27,349 nt of DNA from a virus (taxonomy: Duplodnaviria; Caudoviricetes). Position numbers and translations under genes: made by a program. Positions 17,758-24,917 of the stretch are shown here, in pieces. The stretch is from IMG/VR virus record IMGVR_UViG_3300027508_000039, positions 1 through 27,349 of that record; one strand, written 5' to 3'. The notes beneath the pieces are model-generated. The model was not told where the DNA came from and made no database searches. It saw nothing but the letters and a program-made list of their open reading frames with translations. Position 1 is the first letter of the stretch; every line of letters begins with the position of its first letter.

Positions 17758-18405
17758 TCACTCATCCACAACGGTATAGAAAGCAGGAGTCGTATATCTT
17801 TCTCCACTAATCACTGGTTTAACCCCGTGCATGTAATAGAAGTCTCCGGGGTGAAGTACTGCTAAACCCGGTTTGGGTTTTACGATGATGTCGTGCTGTG
17901 GGTAGTAAAGTTCCCCACCTTCAAAGTCGTCGTTGTAATAAAAAAGCGAATTTATGTCATATGTTGGGAACGGATTTGGGGATCCATCGTTTAATTGTTT
18001 ATCGGCGTGGGGTTGTTGCTCTATCCCTCCAAACCAACGGATCAGGCATGGCGGACGGGAACTTAATTTTACATGAAAAATATCTTCCATGGTTTTAGCC
18101 ATTTTGGCTATGTAGTGATCAATTAGATCGTAGATACCCGAATCAAGGCGCTTTAGTATCGTCGCCGTGCATTGACGGTCATTCCAATAGGACGCATCAT
18201 AGGTGCAGACACCCTCTTCGTTGTAGGTGTTTTCTAGTTGATCGTTATGCCACTCTTTGATGTTTCGCGCAAAACCAATGATTTTTTTGACATCGTCAGA
18301 ATCAATGAAGTTTTCTATGACATGAATGTTTTCTTTGCCTCGCCCAAAAGCGCCGGGTTTTACAGCCCAAGGACCATCATCAAAGTTGTGTTGTGTTTGT
18401 TCCAC
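17758..18405 (-). CDS. 2OG-Fe(II) oxygenase, prolyl 4-hydroxylase-like
   Basis: PHAD; YYNDDFEGGELYYP; MHGVKPVISGERY. Confidence 0.92.
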   Translation of the reverse strand: MEQTQHNFDDGPWAVKPGAFGRGKENIHVIENFIDSDDVKKIIGFARNIKEWHNDQLENTYNEEGVCTYDASYWNDRQCTATILKRLDSGIYDLIDHYIAKMAKTMEDIFHVKLSSRPPCLIRWFGGIEQQPHADKQLNDGSPNPFPTYDINSLFYYNDDFEGGELYYPQHDIIVKPKPGLAVLHPGDFYYMHGVKPVISGERYTTPAFYTVVDE

Positions 18406-18407
18406 AC

Positions 18408-18427
18408 AAAAATCCTAGCACTCTAGG
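18408..18427 (-). terminator. Weak intrinsic terminator-like hairpin overlapping that promoter
   Basis: CCTAG-agtg-CTAGG followed by ATTTTT, just after the 18437 stop. Confidence 0.35.
18412..18420 (-). promoter_or_regulatory. Putative extended -10 leaderless promoter of the oxygenase operon
   Basis: TGcTAGGAT, then 6 nt, then GTG at 18405; no SD sequence. Confidence 0.6.
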
Positions 18428-18436
18428 GTGTGATAC

Positions 18437-18973
18437 TTATTTGAATGCTGGTGGGAAGAACGGAGGGAAAAATGGTGGGAAAAATGGCGGGAAGAATGGT
18501 GGGAAGAATGGTGGGAAAAATGGTGGGAAGAACGGTGGGAAGAACGGAGGGAAGTATGGAGGGAAGTATGGCGGAAAAAACGGCGGAAAGAACGGCGGGA
18601 AATAAGGTGGGAAATAAGGTGGGAAATAAGGTGGGAAATAAGGTGGCGTTACTGCTGCGCTCGCTGCTGAAGCAGGACTAACAGGACCGCTACTGCTCGT
18701 AGCAGTCACAGTAAACGTATAAGCAGTATTTGATGTTAAACCAGTGACAGTCAAAGGTGAAGATGCACCCGTTGCAACATGACCACCGCTTGATGTTACC
18801 GTGTAGGAAGAAATAGTACCAGTTTTTCCAAGGTAGGCAGGAGCAGTGAACGGAACAGTAACGGTTTGCGCGGTATTACCTGCCGTATTGTTGACAACAG
18901 CATTTACGGTTGGCGTACCAACTGTCGGTGCTGCTGGTTGTTTACCGCCAGAATCTTTTCCTTTTGTTGCCAT
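18437..18973 (-). CDS. FN3-like domain + C-terminal (PP[F/Y]F)17 tract; putative fibre tip
   Basis: YTVTSSGG...LTVTGLTSNTAYTFTVTA. Starts 1 nt after the stop of the 18975 fibre gene. Confidence 0.88.
   Translation of the reverse strand: MATKGKDSGGKQPAAPTVGTPTVNAVVNNTAGNTAQTVTVPFTAPAYLGKTGTISSYTVTSSGGHVATGASSPLTVTGLTSNTAYTFTVTATSSSGPVSPASAASAAVTPPYFPPYFPPYFPPYFPPFFPPFFPPYFPPYFPPFFPPFFPPFFPPFFPPFFPPFFPPFFPPFFPPAFK
18443..18646 (-). repeat. Coding 12-nt tandem repeat x17 (PPYF x4, PPFF x2, PPYF x2, PPFF x8, PPAF)
   Basis: Counted directly. The first four units are identical (CCACCTTATTTC). Confidence 0.95.
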
Positions 18974-18974
18974 A

Positions 18975-21569
18975 TTATGCGCTCAAGTCTCCAACGACTA
19001 CCCATGTATTTTCTGCCCGTTTGATGAGTGTAACATACGACCACTGTGCGCGGAGTTTAAGACCCGGTGTTCCGTTTACCGTCACACCCGCACCAGCAGT
19101 GACGGTGCATTGACCAGTGTTTGTTTGCAAAACGTTTATTTGACTTCCAATAGGGAAGGCGACAGATGAGTTTGGCGGTACGGTGAGCGTGTTCGCTGTA
19201 GCGACACTCATTTCAACAACCTTGTTTTTGTCAGCCAATACAAGGGTGTATGAGGCGGTCTGTGCGCTTGTTGAAACATCTGCAATCATCCCGAGTGAAA
19301 CGGTTCCAGAATCTGCCGTGGTTACTATATTCCCGTATGTCGTGCCGTCGTTTGTGGCTTCCCACTTATCAGTAGTTTCGTTCCAGCGGACAAGAACATT
19401 TGCCGAGGTTCCACGCTCTACTTCAATACCAGCATTCTCAGTCGGAGTACCTGTCACATCATTATTCAAAATAACAATGTTGTCGGAGACATTTAATGTT
19501 GCCGTATTGATTGATGTGGTTGTTCCAGAAACAGTTAGATTGCCACTCACCGTTAGGTCGTTGAATGTGACATTGCTACCAGTTCCGACAGCCTGACCGA
19601 TTGCAATGGTCGGAGTTGCGGTTTCTCCAGAGTTGTTGGTAAGGGTTACACCAGTACCAGCAACGAGTGACGCAACGTAATCTCCAGTTGTTTTGGTGCC
19701 AAGAGCCACCGCGTCATTAGCAACCTTAGATGCAGTTACTGCACCATCTGCAATTTTTCCAGTACTTACTGCGCTATCCGCAATTTTTGCTTCAGTGACT
19801 GCTGAACCACCAATTTCGTTTGTGCCAACAGAATCATCAGCCATCATTGACTGCGAAATTGTGTTTGCGGGAAGCGTTACAGTTCCCGTGAAAGTTGGTG
19901 AAGAAAGAGTTGCGTACGGAGTGAAATCTGATGTCAAAGCAACAGTTCCCGTTGCATCAGGAAAAGTTACTGTTCGGTCAGCAGTTGGATTACCAGCGTT
20001 GAGAACCAATTCAAACTCGTCCGAGGTGTTCCCCTCCATTGTGATTCCACCTGTTAGATACAGGTTTGCGAAAGAAACATTGTCGCCAGTTCCTACTGAT
20101 TGACCGATTGATAAAGTGTGGGCTGTGCTTTCACCGCTGGTTGCCGCAGATGAAGTAACACCAGTACCGCCAGTAATAGAAGCGACATAGTCACCTGTAG
20201 TTTGTGTTCCAAGTGCAATAGATGCTTCAGCCGTAGTTGATGCCGTGACACGACCATAAGCATCCGTGGTTACAGAGGTCATGAAAGTGCTTGTTGCAGA
20301 ACCACTAGAGTTTGTTCGTGCCAATTCTGCAAGGTCAATACTGTCAGCGTTAATGACGATGCGCGTAGATGATGCAGTACCAATGCTCAGGTCAGAGTTG
20401 CTAGCGGCAAGACCATTACCAGCGATGATTTGGAATCCAAGACCCGTAAATTGCTGGAATGTGATGTTGTCTGTCCCAATGATATGAGCGCCATTGGTTC
20501 CTGAACCAGTTGACGAAATAGCAAAACTTTGATAGCGGTTTACTGCTGAAGAGTTACTTAGTGAACCAACTTCAACACCCTCATCTTTAGTGATCTGTTG
20601 GGCGACAGATCCGTCCATGTCTGTTGCGCGAGTCAAAACCCAAGTTGCACTTACTGAACCTTGAGCAGTAACAACATAAACACCGTTTTGTTTTTGATCT
20701 ACTTGATTCTTGATCAGGACACGCTGTCCTGTGGAGGCATTTTCTCCATCAATTACTAGACGACCGTTTGAAGTCGCGGTAAGAGTTGCACCAATACCTG
20801 TTCCGCCGTCTGCGTCAGTTGTTCCAGCAGAGTATGTAGGTGTCTGTGGAAGCACAGCATGCGTTGCGAGAACAACACTCTTATGCCAATGCTCTTCGGC
20901 AAGGCGGTTTTCAAGTTCTAGTTCGGTAACGATAGGGGAATAAGTTGATCCGTTAACAGTCAATTCCCAAACATCGGTGGTTTCATTCCAACGGAGTTGA
21001 ACATTTGTTGACGATCCGCGCTCAACTTCAATACCAGCATTCTCGGAAGGTGCGCCAGAAGCATTGTTGTTCAAAACAATGATGTTGTCATTTACAGTCA
21101 ATGTTTCTGTGTTTAAAGTGGTGGTTGTTCCAGAAACTGTAAGGTTTCCTGAAACCGTAAGATCATTAAAGGTAACATTGCTATCCGTGGCAACTGCCTG
21201 ACCGATAGCAATTGTTGGTGTTGCGGTCTCGCCAGAGTTGTTTGAAAGAGATACGCCTGTCCCCGCAACAAGCGAAGCAACATATCCGCCAGCGGTGTCT
21301 GTGCCAAGATCAATGGTGTCGTTAACCCACGCAGATCCATTCCATTTCAGGAATTGACCGCTAGAAGCACTCGTAATAGTTACATCGCCAACTTCATCAA
21401 GCGATGGAGGCGCATAATAACCAAGGGAGTTCCAAGCAGTAGACCCGTTTCCGAGTTTCATCTTTAGCGTGTCAGTTTCAATACCTACTTCGCCACCAGA
21501 AAGCGTAGGGTTGGCAGATGTCCAGTTTGTTGCTGTGTCTCGTCGCAGTATGATCTTTTTGTACGCCAT
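18975..21569 (-). CDS. Phage tail fibre protein with Mtd_N-like N-terminus and 'GDL' C-terminal domain
   Basis: IILRRDTATNWTSANPTLSGGEVGIETDT...GNGSTAWNSL (major tropism determinant N-terminal-like). Also RVLIKNQ...NGVY...RATDMD domain and a duplicated NAGIEVERG module. Confidence 0.88.
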   Translation of the reverse strand: MAYKKIILRRDTATNWTSANPTLSGGEVGIETDTLKMKLGNGSTAWNSLGYYAPPSLDEVGDVTITSASSGQFLKWNGSAWVNDTIDLGTDTAGGYVASLVAGTGVSLSNNSGETATPTIAIGQAVATDSNVTFNDLTVSGNLTVSGTTTTLNTETLTVNDNIIVLNNNASGAPSENAGIEVERGSSTNVQLRWNETTDVWELTVNGSTYSPIVTELELENRLAEEHWHKSVVLATHAVLPQTPTYSAGTTDADGGTGIGATLTATSNGRLVIDGENASTGQRVLIKNQVDQKQNGVYVVTAQGSVSATWVLTRATDMDGSVAQQITKDEGVEVGSLSNSSAVNRYQSFAISSTGSGTNGAHIIGTDNITFQQFTGLGFQIIAGNGLAASNSDLSIGTASSTRIVINADSIDLAELARTNSSGSATSTFMTSVTTDAYGRVTASTTAEASIALGTQTTGDYVASITGGTGVTSSAATSGESTAHTLSIGQSVGTGDNVSFANLYLTGGITMEGNTSDEFELVLNAGNPTADRTVTFPDATGTVALTSDFTPYATLSSPTFTGTVTLPANTISQSMMADDSVGTNEIGGSAVTEAKIADSAVSTGKIADGAVTASKVANDAVALGTKTTGDYVASLVAGTGVTLTNNSGETATPTIAIGQAVGTGSNVTFNDLTVSGNLTVSGTTTSINTATLNVSDNIVILNNDVTGTPTENAGIEVERGTSANVLVRWNETTDKWEATNDGTTYGNIVTTADSGTVSLGMIADVSTSAQTASYTLVLADKNKVVEMSVATANTLTVPPNSSVAFPIGSQINVLQTNTGQCTVTAGAGVTVNGTPGLKLRAQWSYVTLIKRAENTWVVVGDLSA

Positions 21570-21754
21570 TACGCGTTTCCTCCGTCAATTTCGTCCAACG
21601 GATCTGTACTGATCGTTGAGTTAGATGCTGTTCCTGATTCCCATACTGATATCCCCGCCACCCGTCGCCATCTGGTTCCAAAGCGCTGAAATACTTTATT
21701 ACCTGCCGTGAACTGGTCGCCGTTCGCAGGACTAGATGGAAAGGTAACAGCCAT
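21569..21754 (-). CDS. Small virion structural/adaptor protein (61 aa)
   Basis: FPSSPANGD motif typical of phage structural proteins; ends in IDGGNA; TAATG overlap with the downstream gene. Confidence 0.7.
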   Translation of the reverse strand: MAVTFPSSPANGDQFTAGNKVFQRFGTRWRRVAGISVWESGTASNSTISTDPLDEIDGGNA

Positions 21755-21760
21755 ACAGCA

Positions 21761-21775
21761 ATAATACAGTATTAT
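21761..21775 (-). promoter_or_regulatory. Putative leaderless -10 within a perfect palindrome
   Basis: ATAATAC-t-GTATTAT. TATTAT (21766-21761) is 6 nt before ATG 21754. Confidence 0.55.
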
Positions 21776-21820
21776 CCTACATCAAAAAGGAAGCCCTAAT
21801 TAATGAAAACACTAAATAAA

Positions 21821-24256
21821 TTATGTTAGGTCTCCAGATAGCAAAAATGTGTTTGATGCTACACAGGTGACTGTTATGAGTGAATATCGTGCTCTGGTCG
21901 TCACAGAGTTACCCGGCGAGACCATGGAAGCCGCGCCAGACACAGTGACAGAAACCTGTCCAGTACCATATTGAACAATGTCAACCTTTTCTCCGATATT
22001 GGCACTCCATGAACCAAGATCCACGCTTGTCGCAGAGGAACTGTTGAATTTGAGCAATTTACCGCTATCAGCATTCAACACCGAATAGGTGGTAGCGGAA
22101 CTATCGGAGACAGTTTGTCGTGGAGCAGAGTTAACCCAGTATCCACTAACACCATCAAATCTCAAAATCTGGTTAGTGAGCAGATCGCCATCTATTGATA
22201 CATCTAGCAATTCAGACAAATCAAAGAAAATCGGGTCTTCGCTAGTTACTTGAACCCATGCACCACTGTAGTAAATGTAAAGATTAAGACCAGTGCTGTC
22301 GTACCAGAAGTCTCCTGCACCAACATCAACAGATGGTGCGGTATCGGAAACCGTCATGCCACCAAAGTTGGCTAATGCGGTCTGAATGAACTCTGTGGTG
22401 GCAACCGCTGTGGTGTTGTTTCCTAGGGTTTGAGTAACTGCCGTCGTTCCTGTTGGTAGTGACGGGGTTCCAGTGAAAGTTGGTGACGCAAGTGGTGCCT
22501 TAAGGTCTAAAGCAGTCTGCGTTGCTGTGGAAATGGGCTTATTGGCATCCGATGTGTTGTTAACATTTCCAAGACCAACCATCGTTGGGCTGATACCGCT
22601 TACAGTTCCCGTGAAGGTCGGCGAATTCAGTGGAGCCTTGGCGTCCAACTGTGTCTGAATCGCCGATGTTACTCCGTCAACATAATTGAGTTCAGTTGTT
22701 GTGAGAGTTGCGCCATCAAGGATGTTAATTTCGGCGGCAGTTGAAGTTACGCCAGTAAGATCCGTTGGTGCGATAGAGATATTCGCGGAGCCATTAAATG
22801 ACTGACCAGCAATGTTGCGTGCTGTGGCAAGAGTTGTGGCAGTAGATGCATTCCCTGTCAAAGCCGCACTGATTGTTCCAGCAGTAAAGTTGCCAGATGC
22901 ATCACGAGCGACAATTGCGTTAGCCGTATTTGCGTCAGTTGCCGTGGTAGCAGAGTTGGACACTTTTCCTGCGCTTGAAATGGTTCCAAGTTTTGTGTCA
23001 TCAATCGCGGCTGAAGCATTAATGTCTCCATTGACGATTGTTCCGTCAGCGATCATCGTGCTGGTGACCGTGCCCGAATCAGCACTTGTGACGATATTGC
23101 CGTAGACAGATCCGTCGTTTGTTGCTTCCCACTTATCGTTTGTTTCGTTCCAACGTACAGACACATTGGCGGAAGTTCCGCGCTCAACTTCAATACCCGC
23201 GTTCTCTGTAGGTGAACCAGTAACATTATTGTTAAGAACAACGATGTTGTCATCAACGGTAAGAGTTTCGGTATTAATTGATGTGGTCGTACCAGAAACT
23301 GTTAGGTTTCCACTTACTGTCAAGTCATTGAAGGTGACATTGCTGTTTGTGGCTACAGCCTGACCGATTGCAATGGTTGGAGTTGCCGTTTCTCCAGAGT
23401 TATTAGTGAGGGTTACACCAGTTCCTGCAACAAGCGAGGCAACATAATCACCAGTGGTCTTTGTCCCAAGAGCCACGGTGTTGTCGGGAATTGTTACCGT
23501 TCCAGTGAATGTCGGCGAATTGCTTGGAGCCTTGGTGTCAATCTGTGTTTGAATGGCAGAGGTTACGCCATCTACATAGTTGAGTTCTGTTGTTGAAAGA
23601 GTGGCACCATCAAGAATGTTTAACTCTGTAGCAGATGCCGTAAGGATAACATCCTCATTGATTTTTGGAGATGACAGCGTTTTATTGGTTAGGGTTTGAG
23701 TTGTATCCGTGCCGACAAGGGTGGTCGTTGCATCAGGAATGGTGATAGTTCTGTCCGCCGTTGGGTCGGTTACGGAAAGAGTTGTCTCAAACTCATTGGC
23801 AGTTGCACCTTCAAAAACAATGTTCCCATTTAGGTTTAGGTTGGCAAATGTTGGGCTTGCCGAAGACGCGACATCTTGTCCGATAGCGATGGTTGGCGAT
23901 GCACCTTCTCCAGAGTTATTGGTTACCGTAACACCAGTACCCGCAACAAGAGATTCAACATAAGAACCAACTGTGTCGGTTGACAGGTTTACTGCATCGT
24001 TAATCCATGCAGATCCGTTCCATCGCAAAAAATCACCGTTAGTTGCGCTGGTGATCGTGACATCAGAAAGCGCATCAAGCGAAGCAACAGAAAGGTTGGC
24101 ATTGGCGTAAGAAAGACTTGTCCAAGCAGTTGAGCCGTTACCAATCTTGAATTTAGCGGTATCGGTTTCGTAACCAAACTCGCCGTTATCAAGCGTCGGG
24201 TTAAGGGACGTCCATGCAGAAGCGGTAGTTCTTTTAAGTTGAATTTTTACGCTCAT
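21821..24256 (-). CDS. Phage tail fibre protein with Mtd_N-like N-terminus
   Basis: IQLKRTTASAWTSLNPTL..GEFGYETDT...IGNGSTAWTSL; KAPxxSPTFTGT fibre repeats (x3); ELNYVDGVTSAIQTQ (x2); C-terminal SGDLT domain. Confidence 0.88.
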   Translation of the reverse strand: MSVKIQLKRTTASAWTSLNPTLDNGEFGYETDTAKFKIGNGSTAWTSLSYANANLSVASLDALSDVTITSATNGDFLRWNGSAWINDAVNLSTDTVGSYVESLVAGTGVTVTNNSGEGASPTIAIGQDVASSASPTFANLNLNGNIVFEGATANEFETTLSVTDPTADRTITIPDATTTLVGTDTTQTLTNKTLSSPKINEDVILTASATELNILDGATLSTTELNYVDGVTSAIQTQIDTKAPSNSPTFTGTVTIPDNTVALGTKTTGDYVASLVAGTGVTLTNNSGETATPTIAIGQAVATNSNVTFNDLTVSGNLTVSGTTTSINTETLTVDDNIVVLNNNVTGSPTENAGIEVERGTSANVSVRWNETNDKWEATNDGSVYGNIVTSADSGTVTSTMIADGTIVNGDINASAAIDDTKLGTISSAGKVSNSATTATDANTANAIVARDASGNFTAGTISAALTGNASTATTLATARNIAGQSFNGSANISIAPTDLTGVTSTAAEINILDGATLTTTELNYVDGVTSAIQTQLDAKAPLNSPTFTGTVSGISPTMVGLGNVNNTSDANKPISTATQTALDLKAPLASPTFTGTPSLPTGTTAVTQTLGNNTTAVATTEFIQTALANFGGMTVSDTAPSVDVGAGDFWYDSTGLNLYIYYSGAWVQVTSEDPIFFDLSELLDVSIDGDLLTNQILRFDGVSGYWVNSAPRQTVSDSSATTYSVLNADSGKLLKFNSSSATSVDLGSWSANIGEKVDIVQYGTGQVSVTVSGAASMVSPGNSVTTRARYSLITVTCVASNTFLLSGDLT

Positions 24257-24849
24257 GCCGCTATCCCTCCATCAAAGACTGCTATCACACCGTTGGTCAC
24301 TTCCGCCTCGTAGAGTTCAGGTAACGATATGTTTCCTCCGTCTAGATCTGGAAGCGCGACAGCGCCACTTACAGTATCCCACGAACCACTGTCGTAAATG
24401 TAAAGGAGGTTGCTGACATTGTTATACCAAAGATCTCCGTTCTCTGGGTCTGCTGGTGCGGTTGAAGAAATGGTTACATTCGCTCCACCTCCACCGCCTT
24501 CTCCTGCGGATACCTGAGTCCAAGTTGAGTTGGAACGGTAGTAGAAAACATGGTTTGTCGTATCAACAGCAAGCGCACCGTTCGGCAGGGAGACGTTCGG
24601 GGCACCATTTGTTGTCAATGTGACCATGCCATTAGTGGCGACAAAAACATCATCTGTTGTCAGGGTGTTTGAGTCACTCCTGTACAGATTCGTATCACCA
24701 GCGGCTGAACCTGAACCCCAAGTAATTTTTCCGCCAGCATCAATGCGGATTCTCGGAACAGCATCTGAATTTACTCGTGCTGAGAGTGCCTCATCCGATA
24801 CGGTGCTAAAGCCAAACCCGCGTAGCGGTGACCCAACAAATTTTGTCAT
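24253..24849 (-). CDS. Phage minor tail/structural protein
   Basis: GKITWGSGSAAGDTNLYR and SSTAPADPENGDLWY motifs; C-terminal DGG motifs. Confidence 0.72.
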   Translation of the reverse strand: MTKFVGSPLRGFGFSTVSDEALSARVNSDAVPRIRIDAGGKITWGSGSAAGDTNLYRSDSNTLTTDDVFVATNGMVTLTTNGAPNVSLPNGALAVDTTNHVFYYRSNSTWTQVSAGEGGGGGANVTISSTAPADPENGDLWYNNVSNLLYIYDSGSWDTVSGAVALPDLDGGNISLPELYEAEVTNGVIAVFDGGIAA

Positions 24850-24917
24850 AGAAACTCAGCCTCAACTGTTTTCAAAAATATGAAACACCCCTCAAGGTGC
24901 TTGTTTTTTATAAATTT

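Noticed and set aside
6337-18405. Oxygenases as TET/JBP- or AlkB-type DNA-modifying enzymes
   Set aside because: The motifs (YLNDDYEGGEL..P; HxVxPVxSGxRY) are P4H/PHD-like and the neighbours are virion genes, not replication genes. This is not formally excluded.
5433-18646. 12-nt repeats as a CRISPR array
   Set aside because: No spacers, units too short, in-frame coding, and no cas genes.
18393-18681. GGKN / GRMV repeat ORFs (also 5428-5613 and 5338-5790)
   Set aside because: They are alternative-frame readings of the PPFF tracts. Variation falls at third positions of the PPFF frame, which is fused to an FN3 domain.
18975-24256. Diversity-generating retroelement suggested by Mtd_N-like domains
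   Set aside because: No reverse transcriptase or non-coding template repeat is visible in the window. The repeats are coding and their differences are not adenine-specific.
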